From Podarcis gaigeae (taxonomy: Eukaryota), in the NCBI GenBank assembly GCA_964106915.2, contig OZ066919.1: a stretch of DNA of 64,000 nt; one strand, 5' to 3'. A program made the position numbers and the translations under genes. Of this stretch, positions 11,694 to 24,914 are shown one piece after another (the first letter of the stretch is position 1; each line of letters begins with the position of its first letter). Under the pieces are notes generated by a model. The model searched no databases. It was not told the origin of the DNA and was given only the letters and a program-made list of their open reading frames with translations.

Positions 11694-13499
11694 TATAAAC
11701 TGCTGAAGCAGCCTGACAAAATACTGCCCGAGTGAAGTAATTCTGAAAACCTGCCAAATGCACAGCTTTCCATGGCTTTTTGTTTTCTTGCCAGCAAGCC
11801 AGCTCCTTTTGACATATGAATTAGAAGATCCTTTCCCTTCAATGGGAAGCCCTATTTATTTTGCAAGCTTGTTACCAACCAGGGGGTACATTATTCTTTA
11901 ATGCATCTGTGTAACTTCCATTAACATTGATTGGTATTACGTGTACTTGATGAGAAAATCTGTACCTTTTGTTAAAATGGAAGCTCTGTTGTGACTTATT
12001 TTTTGATGGCATTGGTGATTATGCCATTGCTATATAAGATTTTAGAGTGTTTTGTTTACTGTTTGATGCTTATTTATTTATTTTAATTAAGCAGAAATCC
12101 AGCATTTAAATACACCTTCCCTTTCTTCTGATAAGAAGCACACTTTTCAGAGTATGATTGGAAGAGGAAAATAAATAGTTTACTGAGCCCCTCTGTCCAA
12201 AGGCAGGACCATTTGCCATCCATCTCAACTATCCTTTATCCATCTCACAATTCAGTCACTTGGTTTTGAGGAAAGTACACACAGTGGTTAAGACCGAGTT
12301 AGGCAGACACATTAATTCTGTTTCCTTTGGGGAAGATTTTCCTGTGGTTTTAGTTGAGTTTTGGGGTGACATGGTGCTTGGCTCTAAAAATGGAAAAATA
12401 ATATTTCACTAGCCCCTTGTGGGCTATTTTCACATGACACTGACTCCATTTTTGCAATTCCTGTGCCTGTAATTGGATTGTAAAACCCCATATTGGCTAG
12501 AGTGTAGATCCAATTTTTAAATGGCTCACTTCCATTTTGCCCTACTTCAGGAGCATCCTTATTGTACAAGCACACCCATTCCTCTGCAAGCATTTCCACT
12601 TCTTCAGCCACTCATAAGTGAAAAATGCCCTTTGTGTTGTTTATGAGCTTGATCTTTGAATCACCCAGATTATCCACAAATTATTCAGCGTGAACTGGGA
12701 GATGCGGGGAGCCAAGTGCCATGCACTATATTAAAATGGAAGAAGCTTATTTTGGGGAGTAGAAACTACATAGCTTTCTTTACTCCAAAAAGTTTGCCAG
12801 GTAGGAGTTCAGCAGTAGTAGTTAAAACTGGATCCCAGAAACAATGCCATGAACCATTTTGGATCTTCCAGTGCCATGGCCCATTATTATTTTTTTATCT
12901 TCAGGACCAAACCTGCTCTACTGTTTTATGTTTATTCCTGTTGCCAGAGCCCAGAGGCTTCAGTCAGGATCAGGCCCAGTCTTGTATTATTGCATCTCTC
13001 TACCCAGAGGAGCCTTATGCTCATGCGGTATAATTAGGTACCACATCTGGCAACACCGTAAAGAGAGCCTTATTTTTCCAATCCATCCCATTCTTGGAGA
13101 AAGTTCAGATTCCCTTCTTTAACAACCTGCTGCCACCACCCTGGCCCTTTAACAAGAGAGGAGCCAGCTTGCTGTCAATTAAACAATTTGCAGCTTGCCT
13201 CCTTGAGCTTCGCCTTCATTTGCTACTTCGGGTGCAGTTCCAAAGCGAATCCGCGGAAACTGGCAAGAAGCAAGCCGCACTAGTGCTTTGCATATCTTAA
13301 TAGCTATTTTCGTCCAACAACAGGAGGGAAACTCCCTCTCCCTCCCTTCCTGTCGTGAAGGTAAGATTATGGGCTGCCAGCAGCCAAGCTCTGTTCAGGG
13401 CGCTTTCTCTCTTCCAGCTATCTTCCCCACCCTTTAAGTGAGAGGGTTAGGTAGGTGCGCAGGTGTATAGCGGGTTGGCTAGTTAGCCAGAAAGACCCA

Positions 13500-15300
13500 A
13501 CTTCGCTTCCGGTGGCAGAAAGAAGCTTCTTTTGTTGAATCTCTGTGTCTCTGACATCGTTCTTTGGAGTGCGCGCGCGTGTGTATGCGCGCGCGCTCAC
13601 AAACACACACACAGCTTTGCAAAGCAGTCTGCGGGTCAGTGTGTCAATGTGCATATGAATGGGTTGCGATGGGATGTATATACCCAAGCATTGATTTGGG
13701 GTAAGGTGAAGCGCTGCGTGGCGAAGACTTGCCGCCGCCGCGGCTTTACTTGGACTTTGAACAAATGGTGGGGGCCGGTGGAACAGGTTTCCAACCCCCC
13801 CCCCGTCTCCAAACCGCTCGGGGATTGCGTCAAGGCTGGGGAGGAGGATCCTCCAGGAAAGAAATTAACTTACAAAAAAAAAAAACCACACACATACAAA
13901 ACCACAAAGGCCGCCCCACACGTCTCTCCCTTCCCTCCCCGCTCGCCCCTCCCTCCGCGCTCTGATTTGAAATGGGATCCAGCCGCAGCCTTTCGCCGGG
14001 GCTTAGTCGCCTCCTGCCCGGCTCGGATTCGCACCGGCAGCAGGAGCGAGAGGAGAAGCAAGAAGGAAGAAGAGCGTCGGGCTCTTGCGCGCGCCAAGGA
14101 CTTGGCCCCGCGTTGCACAGCTAAGCCCAGCTGCTGTTGCTGCTGCTGCCTCTGCTGCTGCCGCCTGGCGCAGCCGGCGCAATAGTCGAGGGCAGCCAGA
14201 GAGCTCCTCTGCTCCGGCAAAGCAGAGCGAGCCGCCGCTTCGTGCTCCGCCTCCCGGCGAGGGCAGGAGAGCCGAGCGACCCCAGAAGCGCCACGGAAGG
14301 CGCCCACTCCGTCTCCGGCAGGGACGCGGCGCGCGGGGAGCCTCCGCCTGGGCAGGAGACGAGGCGATGCCGGGGCGTCCGGCCGAGCTCCGCGGCGCCT
14401 GCAGCCGCACTTGCTGCTGCTTCTGGAAAGGAGAGCTGCTCCTGACACGGGGAGAAGCAGGGACATGCTGCCGATGCACCTCCGGCCCCGGCCAGGTGAG
14501 CTGGCGGGCAGGCTGGGCGGCCAAGCGGGGTTGGTTGGGGGAGCAGGCGGGCGCGCAGCGCGGGGCCACGGAGCCACCCAACGGGAGAGCCGAGCGCAGC
14601 CCTTGCAGGAGGACAGCGGGGCGCCGCCCGTGGCGCACTCCCCGGCTGCCTGGCGTTGTGCGTCCGGCTGCCCCTCTTTTCTTGGAGGCGGTGCAGGCTG
14701 CAGAGGAAGGGGGGTTCCCCGATCTCTGCCCGGTACAGCGGGCCTGAGTCCCAGACGCAGCTGAGCTGGGGTGGGCGGCGGGAGGCGCCGGGGAGGGAAG
14801 CCGGAGAGGTTCGGGAGGGATCTCCCAACTTATTTTCGGAGCGCTGCGGAGGGCGGGGGACTTGCGCGCTCAAGGCGGCAGAGAGCCGCTTGCAAAACAA
14901 CCGCTGGTGTTTCGGCTCTTCGCGTTAGCAGAGGGGGTGGCGAGGGGAAGCATCTGCTCAAGGAGCGGCGGGAGCGGAGGCATTGCTGCTTCTTGTTTCG
15001 TTAGCCTTCCGGATTTGCCTGCTTCTGGCGGCGCTTTGGGGTTGCTCTCCGCGCGCCTGCTTATCACTTGTGGACTTGTCGCTTGGAGACGCCTGGCTCC
15101 GACTGTGCTAACTTTCTCCGCTGAAGTGCAGTGCGCCTGAGTCGGCTTCGGAGCAGACGAAGAGTTCTGCTTGCCGCCGGTGACTCGCCCGGATGGCTCA
15201 TTCAGACATGCGCGGCGTTCCTCGGAAGCCACGGGCAAGTCACTGCGAAAAAACGGGGATATGCCTTCTTAGCCCCGCCGGAGTACTTTTTAAAAGGCAG
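13500..15300 (+). promoter_or_regulatory. SULF2: CpG island / promoter of SULF2
   Basis: Abrupt GC- and CpG-rich block in an otherwise CpG-depleted window; ETS-type CCGGAAG on the minus strand near 13505-13512; GC boxes; lies 15 kb upstream of the first coding exon. Boundaries approximate. Confidence 0.85.
13990..14495 (+). other. SULF2: Probable non-coding exon 1 (5'UTR) of SULF2; 5' boundary (TSS) is a guess
   Basis: Strong donor CAG|GTGAGC at 14495/14496 inside the CpG island; exon 2 has its own acceptor and only a 71-nt UTR, so an upstream exon is required. Confidence 0.6.
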
Positions 15301-16947
15301 TGAGCCTTAAGGCTAGAGAGGTAAAGGAAGCAACACCCCAAGTGAACGACTGCAGACTTCTTTGCCTTTGCAAATGCATCATTTGTCAGACTTCTGAAAT
15401 GTCAGTTTGTGCATCACTTTGGCTATGGTGCGGACCCCTCCCCAAATTTTTATAAATAGCACGAAACAATTTAAAGTGCTTGGTTGTCAGGGTGCCGCCT
15501 CATTTTCAGGGACTGTCTTAATTTTGGACATCACTGCCCCATAAGGAGCATGATCCCATATTCACAACTGCTAGGCACTGTAGAGACTTCTGAGGATGGA
15601 AACCTTATCAGTGCTGGTTGTGTATAAACTTTCTGAGCAGTCAGTTATTTGTAGCGAAGCTGTGCTTTTTTAAAAAGGGGTTAAACTTAAGACTCTGTAA
15701 AAGGAAGGTTTTACCTGGGGGTTCTGAGATCTTTGGAACGCATACTGGAAAAATGACGAAGTGTTAACATGAGAATGGCTAGCTTTTCGTGCTCTGCTGC
15801 AATGCCAGCTATGGGTTGATGCATTTGGTGTGTAACAGCCAAAGTCATGCAACTTGGGTCTAAGAAACAGTTATGATTGTTTATTTCTGTGAAGGTGCTT
15901 CCAGGTAACACTTAAGATTTCTGTCAGCATTATTAAAATACATTCTTGTTAACAAAAAAAAAGGGTATAGAGAGAGTCTATTCGGAAAGAATGTGTTTCT
16001 TTACAAGGTTGGATAGTATAGATTCTGATTGAAGTCATTTCTGGTTGCAATGTTCACTGCTTGGAGTATTCAGTGGGGAAGGTATTTCTGATGAAAAGTT
16101 AGACATTTGCACAAAAGGTATACTCGCCCCCCAATAGCTCAGCTACGTAAAATTGGACTGCTTGAAAGAACTTCAGCTGTCATCATTAGTAGTGACTTGA
16201 GATTTCGGTCTGTTGTCATACTTTAGAATTTGACTCACCAAATGGGAGGTGGGGGAAATCCGCTATACTAGTGTTACAGTCTAAATAAGAGGTTCAGAAA
16301 TACTAATCTTAACGTCTGTTTGTATGCACACAATGAACTATTGAATGAAATGGTGAAGTGAACTTTTCAGTTGATGTAATATGTAGTGTAATATTGGGGA
16401 ATGTTGGCCAACCCAGCTTCCATTGAGATTCGCAAAGCTACCTTTTCTTTTTCTGGGGCCATGTGTGAAACCAAAGAGCCTGACTCTGAAAACATCTGTA
16501 TTAGAGTAGAGGTACTGAGGGGCTGGGGAGGGAGGCAAATGCACAAACTCCAGCAGAAATTGCAGAACTGGCAATGCAATGATCAGCATACCTGCTTCAT
16601 TGGGATGGTTGCTAAGGAATGAATTTGATGTATGGATTTATTTTCATGATTTTAAAAACATGACAAATTCTGCATTTTTTCGATCAGTTAACACATCTGG
16701 CATAATCAACAGCTATGCCAAACCCAGCGGGGGCAAGCTGCTGCCTATTGGCCTATATTTGGAGATGTCCTGCTCTCTTGTATTCTTCCTATATTTAGGC
16801 TATAGTTTGAGGAGATGTTTCCATGCACCCCAATCCTAATTTTTTTTTTTTTACCAAAGAGTTAAATGAGACTTGCCTCCCAGGAAAGATGCTTAGTATT
16901 TAAAAACAGGGAAATTCTTTGTTTTTATGTAGTATGTGTGTGAAATG

Positions 16948-17238
16948 TAGGATGTTTGATCATAAATAATTGGCCACCACAAAATCGGATCGAAATGGGA
17001 TGTAAAGTGAGATTAAGGGAAATTAATTTACAGAGGATTATATTTAAACAAGTGGTTATAAAATTTGCAAATTAGATGATAAATTGCTGGGAAAAATTTA
17101 TGATGATGAAAATGGCAGCGGGAGATGTGAGGAAGTCCAAAGAAGTCATGAAACTCTGTTGAGATAAAAGAAAGGTTGTTTATTTTTGTACTTTATTTTG
17201 TAAAAACCCCTAATAAAAATTTATTAAAAAAAAAAAAA
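16948..17238 (+). mobile_element. 5'-truncated polyadenylated retroposed insert, probably L1/Tx1-type 3'UTR
   Basis: AATAAA followed by an A-tail; perfect 17-bp TSD AGTATGTGTGTGAAATG at 16931-16947 and 17239-17255. Family assignment is inference. Confidence 0.8.
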
Positions 17239-17659
17239 AGTATGTGTGTGAAATGGGTCTTAAAAGGGAATTCAAGATTGATCTTTGCTTTTAGACTTTT
17301 TCTAGATCAGCTTTATTACTGAGTCAAAACCATCTCAATATTTGTTTCACGTGGTCCTTTGTGCGTATGATGCTATAAAGCATCACAAAATTCACCTTGA
17401 GTGCAAACAGTGAAGAAGAAGTGTGAGAGTGAGAAAGAACGTGCTTTCCAAAACTTGAATTTGGGGAGAAACAATAGTAACTCAGATCCAGTTGGATATG
17501 TGATTATTTTCTGCTAACATGCTGCTGCTTTTATGCAGTTCTGATCCACCTAACCAATATATTTGACCTGGTCCTCCCAGCTTGATCTTCTATCACATTA
17601 TTTGTCATGCCTTATTCCTTATCATCTACCTGCCCAGGTATTTTTCCTCCCATTAATGT

Positions 17660-17990
17660 AAGAGTGCTTCTGGATCAGACCAAAAGTCTTCTAGTTCAGC
17701 ATCATCCCCCCCCCCCACAGGGGCAACTCAGATGCCTATGGGAAGCCCATAAGAAGGGCATGGTGGCAATAGCCCTTGCCTGATCATGGAGGTACTATTT
17801 AACCACCATAGCTTGTAGCCATTGATACGTAGATTTATCCTGCATTAATTTGCCAGCTTCCCTGGATGACCCTGGGTTCTAGTTTCATGTTCTTCATAAT
17901 TTTATACACCTCTGTTACATTGCCCCATATCTTATTTTTATTTGGAACTAAATAGCTCCAGATGTTGTAACCTTTCCTCACTGAGTTGTT
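17660..17990 (-). mobile_element. CR1-type LINE 3' fragment, decayed
   Basis: TAAGAGTGCTTCTGGATCAGACC..CTAGTTCAGCATC..CAGATGCCTATGGGAAGCC; related to 39667 and to + strand copies at ~27030-27235 and ~33560-33760. Confidence 0.6.
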
Positions 17991-18022
17991 TCAGTTCCTG
18001 CTAATTTTGATTGCCCTTTTCT

Positions 18023-18172
18023 TAGAATCGCAGAATTGTAGACCTGAAAGGGACCATGAGGGTCATCCAGTCCAACCCCCTGCGATGCAGGAATCTTTCA
18101 CCTAATGTGGGGATCAAATCCACCACCCCTGAGATTAAGCGTCTCATGCGCTACCAACTGAGCTATCCCAGC
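18023..18172 (-). mobile_element. tRNA(Lys)-derived SINE with CR1-like tail
   Basis: Minus strand GGGATAGCTCAGTTGGTAGCGCATGAGACGCTTAATCTCAGG (A box, anticodon arm), then GATTCCTGCATCGCAGGGGGTTGGACT tail. Confidence 0.8.
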
Positions 18173-18997
18173 ACTTGCATGTTCATATACAGTATTTAAC
18201 TCTTCATCCTTCTGCCTAGGCTTTATTTCTGCTACTAACCCTCCTTTTGGCAATCAGAAACAGATTGCTCATATTCCAGTAACTGCAGTTGTTTTGTCTC
18301 TTGGGCAACATGGAAACAGGGCCAGACTTCTTCCAGCAAAGTTGCTAGTACATAGTTGAGAAGCTGAAATGATGGAAGAGGCTGCAACAGCTGTTTGGGG
18401 CACTGGGGGTGGAGACATTCTGAAAGCAGTTTGGTTTTGTGGAACAAACACTTGCATTATAAATAAGATTGCATGAGACATAATTATAGCAGTGCCAGAT
18501 ATACCCAATCTTGATTTTTAGGCTTTAAACTGAAGGTTGGGGTAGAAGATATTTCAAATATTGCTTTGATTGTGCATCTATTTGCATTTTCTTCAATCCT
18601 TTGGTGGTGGTATTTCCCATATTTATTACTGCCATTCCCCTCCCCACTCCTTGCTGCTGTTTCCTGGATTGCTTACATGGGTGGCTCAGGCAAGTCTGAC
18701 TGGCTATGTCATGTTGTGATGTCATCCCATTTACTACATGGTCCCTGATTGGGTTTGTAATGGTTGCACTGCAGGCAACTGAAGTTGAGTGTGAGAAACA
18801 GGAGTGTGCAAGAAAATAGCAATCTAAATGAAAAGGCAAGTGTTTTTTTGCAGGCACTTGTTTTTATTTTATTGCCGAAGGAGCGAGCACTTTGACACTC
18901 AAATGGCATCAGTCACCCCCACACCCCAAAAGAGAGTACAATAAGCTTACAACTTACACAGATTTAACATGTGCACATTCAGTTATACATGCTTGGC

Positions 18998-19055
<58 letters not shown>
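18998..19055. repeat. (ATA)n microsatellite
   Basis: Direct reading. Confidence 0.98.
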
Positions 19056-19059
<4 letters not shown>

Positions 19060-20350
19060 TTAAAAAGGGGGCAGATGTCTGGGGGGGAGGGGCTTTGGCA
19101 CCCAATGTGTTTTGACTATACATGTTTTTGGCTTTAGGCATTGTCCCTGGAAGGTAACTCCCACATAAATTGCAGGCTTACTGTAGTTTCAGGGCGACCT
19201 TTAGAAATGAAAGTTCTTTGCTATGCATAGTACAGAATAATATAATTGACAGGGACTCAGTAAACCCCCAGTCCAGTGGTCTTTGGACTGTTCCTAAGAA
19301 CACTTGTGTTCCTTGGAAGCTTATTGGGCTTTTTGATAAGAAGATCCACTGTGGAAGGCAAAGTTTGTGGAAGACAAAAGGTTTCAGCAGTTACTGGCCT
19401 CTCGTTGCAATGCAGTGTGATAGTGGGGTATTGGAGATGTTCTAGGTCCATTCTCTGTATTAGTACAGGGCAACGGGGATAGTGGACACCCCACACTCAG
19501 TATCACTCAGATTCCTCAGCAAGAAGAAAGGATTATGTAAAAGTAGGGAATTTAAATGGATCCAGTCCAGTTGTCTGTTCCTAAAGAGTTATTGACATAG
19601 TTTTCCAAACTCCTCCTAAAAACATATAAGCGCTGTTTCTACATTGGTTGATTTGTTTGTTGATCTTCTACCCTGTCCTTCTGCTGCAAAGTGAGCATGC
19701 AGTGGCTGACAAAATATAATAATACAACAATCTAAACCAATGATTTCTTTCTGGTGTTCAATTTGGGTCTACCTCCCTGCAGTTTAAATATATCACCCTA
19801 CATACACACTCTTCATGTATCCAGTTTCTTGAGCCTTTTGGCCTAGGGTTTGTCATCTGAACACAGATGTGTTCTAGCTGTTTTCCTTTTCTTCTGTGAG
19901 CTGGACAAACAATTGCATCTAGTTCAAGCCTATGGTGCTGTTTCACTCTGCATAAAACTCTTTCCAGAAAGAGGCCATAGGTTCCCAAACCACCCATCTT
20001 TACTACATTACAGCAACTTTCAGACTGGGCTCAGTACATTCTGTCTCCCAATGGGACTTGTATGTTAAATGGGGATAATCAAGCTTGTATCCTTAATTTG
20101 CAAAAGGCTGTGGGTCTTGCTTTATTCTCATAAAATGGAGCAGATTATTGTTTTCCCTTGGACAATATAAGCCCTGTCTGTGGAAACCTTCAGGCCATAG
20201 GATGCTGAGCATCCTGTTCACTTATTACACTATATTAAATGTGAAGAGAAGTTGCTATTCATTCTGTTTGGGTATTTCCTTGGCTTCTTTCTATGTAATG
20301 GCCAATAGAGAAATACAATGAAAATTCAGAGAAAGAACCAATGTTCACAG

Positions 20351-20493
20351 CAGACATGGGGAGCCTGTGACACCCCCCCCCCAATGTTGTGGGACTCCAA
20401 CTCTCACCAGCTTTCACCAGCATGGCTAATGGTGAGGGATAATGGGAGCTGGAGTCCAGCAACACTTGGAGGTTCACATGTTCCCTTTCCCTA
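20351..20493. mobile_element. Old palindromic hAT MITE
   Basis: GGACTCCAACTCTCACCAGC...ATGGGAGCTGGAGTCC, related to 31950-32085; TSD not clear. Confidence 0.6.
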
Positions 20494-23149
20494 GTTTATG
20501 GAATCAAATTGAGAATGTGGTTCAAGTGGGTAAATGCTTCACTTGGCATTGTCACACAGTTCCTGCATAATGATGTCCAGCTTGCGGCATAAACCACAAT
20601 TAACCATGCCATACAAGTGCACTGATGCTGCTGTTTAGACTACATGGCATGCATAAGAACTAGTCATAGTCTATTATGAATTGGGCTTTTCAACTCTTGC
20701 CAAAGTTTCATTGTCTGTAGTTGATTTTTGTGCATTTCCACCTCTGCACACATCACAGGGCAACTCCTACGAGGTGATAGTCATTGTCAATTGGTGTACC
20801 AGAAACAGGTCAGACTTTGACGCAATAAATGTGAATTGAGTAGGCAAGTTGAACATATAATGGAGCAATTATGCAACCATGTTGCCACTTGCCAAGGGCT
20901 GTATAGATCTGTTCAGTTCACATTATATTATTATTATTATTACTATTATTATTAAAAAATATATACCACCCTTCATCTGTAGATCTTAGGACGGCTCACA
21001 TTCTCAGCATACCAGTTTAGTAGTGTGAATTAGCCCATGGTCTTCTGATTTGACATGCTGCTGTTTTTGTCAATTCAATAATACATGGGGGGTGGGGAAT
21101 CTGTACTATATAATTCTGTGCTGAATAGTACTGCAGCTCTAGAATGACATCTTGACCACTCTGAATGTGGAAACATCTTCCAGTGTCATGTTTATGAGAG
21201 AGGTTTGAAGCTGTTAATTAGATTTTACAACCAACATGGAGTTGACAGTTGGCTGCCTCTGTCAAATTCAAACACACATTTCAGGAGCAAATAGGTTATT
21301 TCATAAAAAAAAACCACCCTAAGTTTTCTTGCCTAGTTATTACAACCAAAACACATTTTGCAAAACACATTTTGATTGCAGGCTTTTAGTTGGTTGTAAA
21401 GGATACTTAGAGAGTACTTATTTTGATAATGACAGTGATGTAATGTGTGAAAATAGTTTAAACATCTGTGTAGGGAAGGTAAGCAGAAAAGTAATTATTT
21501 TGGTAAAAGATGTTTGAAAGCAAGCATGCTGCTTTATGCTTTCACAAATAACTGTAATTTAACAGCTGTAAATACACATAAGAAACTGTAAGTTAAAACC
21601 ATTTGAGTAATACCTATGTTTGCTTCTCTTGGTCTCGAACAAGAAATTCTACAGACGCATTTTATCAAAACCATGAGAGCTGTCTCAACAAGCTCACAAT
21701 TTAATTTTAAATGCAGCAAAAGTGTACAGCAAAGTACGATAGTGATGATGGGTTGAAGGAAGAAAAATGATCTGGCAACTGGGGTTGCATAACATAATGG
21801 GGACTCAATATTTTGTTTGGAAGAATAATCAGGACAAACCTGCTTCCCAGGAAATGTTTGAGGGGGAAAGAAGTGTGGTCAAAAACAACAATTATGAAGA
21901 GGCTGAAACTTTAACTCAGTGGTTGGTAAGAAATGTCATTCAAAGAAGCAGCCAGCTACTTGAGAGCTAAAAGAGAAAGTAATTCCTCTGTGTACTCACC
22001 AAGGGTATATTAATCATACAGATGCACTCAGTTGCAAATTCTATAAAGAAAAAGGTTGATTTATACCCTAAATTCCCTAGGTGGGTATCACTTCTCAATA
22101 AGAAATAGTGCCAGCGAACTCCGTGAACCTGACATGGTAACTTTCTGCTTGCCATAGCATAGATATGTGCTGTCTGTAAAGTCTTATTGGATGGTGTCCA
22201 ATCAAATTCCATAACAGAAGTGATATGCATGCAGGCAATACTTCTGAAGCAGCCATGACTCATTGGGAAAGTCCAGAAAGCATTTTCAAAGAGGAAATTC
22301 TCTGCTGTTTTCAGTACACTGGTCACAGTGCATATTTGAAAAAATTGTCACTCTCCTGCTGGGCCATATGTGACAGGCTCCTGAGACTCAAGCCTGGAGC
22401 AAGTTCTGAACATGGGACATGAAGGAATCAAGGCTAGGATTTAAAAAAAGAAAGAAGAAGAATTAGGAGAAGGCCAACAGAGCAATAAGGGATCTTCTTG
22501 ACAGCAACAGGACAAAACAGGTCATGTGATACTTCTGGTAAGCTCTTCTGACAGCCTGGGGGGGGTGCTAAAGGCAGAGTATAAGTGACTTAAATAAATT
22601 AATGAATACTTCCTGCTACCCACAAAAGCTTTTCCTGCTTAGCTTAGCCCTAATCTCTCGTTTGAGCAGCACAGGAAACTGCTGGTATGTTTTGTGAAAA
22701 CTGGCCTCATCTAATTGTGTTTTCCAGCACCTCGCCAGGTGCCAGATGAAAACATTTTGAGGCCAACGTGTTGTGTTTCCTTGGAGTGCTAATATACATT
22801 CTGAATTGTCAAATGGAAATGGAAAACTGCTACCTGGAATTGCCCTTAAAGACTGCGTCAAAGGCTGTATCCACATACATAAAGTCTGAGGTGTTGAGTA
22901 CCTACTGGGAGAAAAGTGAAACAGAATAATAAGGCTACATTCATTAAACAGGAGAGAATACCAACCTCTTATTCTGGTTTTTGGGGAATGTGAGGGAGGG
23001 GGGACACATAGCCATAGACTTACCATGGAGTCCTTATCTGGCGTGTTGCAGAGGTGGTAACTTTTGCTCCCTTTCCAGTACACAGTGCAAATCAGCTGGC
23101 TAGTAACTTACAATCAAGTCACTGTGAAGATTGGGAAACATAGGTGTGT

Positions 23150-24372
23150 GCCCAAACCTCATATCTCCCAGCTGTTGGCCTTCTCTTGAAGTGCAGATGA
23201 CCACAAACCCTGTCTGTCTGAGCTTGAAGCATTCAGTAGGGTTATAGCTGCTGGTTCAATCCTTGCTGTTGCCCAGGTATGCTTAATACCTGGGTATGAT
23301 GTCTTGGCAGCCACTGGAATATTTTGCAGTCTAGGCTGGAGGCCAGGAATTCCCCTCCCCAGTTACCGGTACATTCAACGTCTCTGGAGTGCTTCATAGC
23401 TTGTAGCTCTCCCAATGTCTCTTGCATCCCAAACTCACCGGACCCTGGCTGACCCTAGCTGCTGGAACCTGCTTTTAAGGACTACATCCATTATAGGGAC
23501 TGGTCGCCATGCCACAAGATCATCTTGGGGCACCCAAGGGGCAAAATCATTTTGTGTGTGGGGGGGTTATTCTGCTCAATTTAGCAGGATCCAGTTTCCC
23601 TTCAGGTTTCTCTTGTGGATGCACACAAGCCTCGAGCTGCTCCTGTGTGTTCTCCACACAGGAAAACACCATCTTTCCCACAGGTGCTGGCTTCTCCACT
23701 TCCTTATGCTCCCCCTTTTCCACAGCAGGCTCCCAGGGAGCAGACAAATCAATCAACAGCAGCTCTTGTACGCTCGCAGGCACCTCCAATTCTTCCTTTT
23801 CCACAGCAGACTTGCAGGGAGTAGAGAAGTCAATTAGCAGCAGCTCCTCTGCTCCATCCAGAGCACCCCTCCCCCCACCCCCGCCTTCAGCTACAGATTG
23901 CATCTCTTCACAGTCCAAGCTGCTCAGTTGCCCATCCACACTCTGGATCTCTCTCTTTCCTTTTAGGTCAGGGGTCGGCAAACTAAGGCCCGGGGGCCAG
24001 ATCAGGCCCAATTGCCTTCAGGATCTGGCCTGCAGACTGTCCATGGATTGGCGTGGGGATTCTGTTCGTTCATTTCTTTTCCTGCGCCATTCCATTCCCC
24101 CCTCCATGAGCACACCATGGCGGCCCCTCCTTCCTCCCTCCCTCCTGGCTTCTCCTTGCCCTGCCTAGAGGAGGCAGGGGGCTGGGCTGGGCTGGCTGAG
24201 TGGCATTTTAAGCAGCCCCTCTCTGGAGCCAGCCCTTTCGCACTGCTCATCTTCCCTCTGCTGGGCTGGGCTGGGCTCCATGAATGCCTTTCCTCCCTCC
24301 ATCATAAATCCAGGCACACCTTGTCCACAGGGGTTTCATCCAGGAAACACAAATCCTACTTTTAACACCAAA
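23150..24372 (-). mobile_element. Internal (PBS + gag-like) region of an LTR retroelement, truncated; left boundary uncertain
   Basis: PBS-like TGGTGTTAAAAGTAGGAT (minus strand, 24353-24370) resembling the tRNA-Leu PBS TGGTGTCAGAAGTGGGAT, 2 nt from an LTR end; acidic ORF with an 81-nt in-frame repeat at ~23550-23965. Confidence 0.55.
23969..24300. mobile_element. One-ended hAT element nested in the LTR element
   Basis: CAGGGGTCGGCAAACTAAGGCCCG..ATCAGGCCCAATTGCCTTC is the reverse complement of the right arm of 6122-6373; other terminus not found, right boundary approximate. Confidence 0.65.
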
Positions 24373-24914
24373 TGTACCTGCCATCCGAATCTCTGAGCAT
24401 TCTTTGAGATTCCAGGCATTTCCAGGCATCTGGGTTCGCTTTTGGAAATGAGGCACAGTGGAGACTGTGGTGCCTTGATGATATAAGGTTTATTTACACA
24501 CATAGACAATCCGAGCCTACAACGGAGGGCCTCACAGCATTAACACCCAAAAAGGGTATTATTTCTCTCATAGCTGCAGCCTTGGATCAAAACAGAAATC
24601 AGCCATGGCTCTCTGACCTTCTGATTCAGCCTTTTACAGCCTGCAACCTCACTGCCTAAACCTCATCTTAAACTCAGCTCTAAAATTCTATCTCAGAACT
24701 CTCCTTTGTCTTTCAAACTAACTGAGGGACCCTTCCGATTTTCCATCTGGCACTGCGTCCCCTCTCTCTGACTTAGCTGATGGCCCATTACCTTTACCCC
24801 TGTCTGGTAGCCCATTTTAACATTCCAAGCATGCATTAAAGTCTAAGACATATCAGCCCCAGGAATTTAGGGCAGTCTGGCACCCACAAACCCTAGCACC
24901 CACAACTCATAACA
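24373..24914 (-). mobile_element. 5' LTR of the same element (542 bp)
   Basis: TGT...ACA termini, AATAAA on the minus strand near 24488, adjacent PBS; no second LTR found in the window. Confidence 0.6.

Noticed and set aside
13532-15238. Cluster of long overlapping ORFs (up to 259 aa) on both strands
   Set aside because: Expected stop-codon scarcity in a GC-rich CpG island; low-complexity R/A/P/G translations with no recognisable domain.
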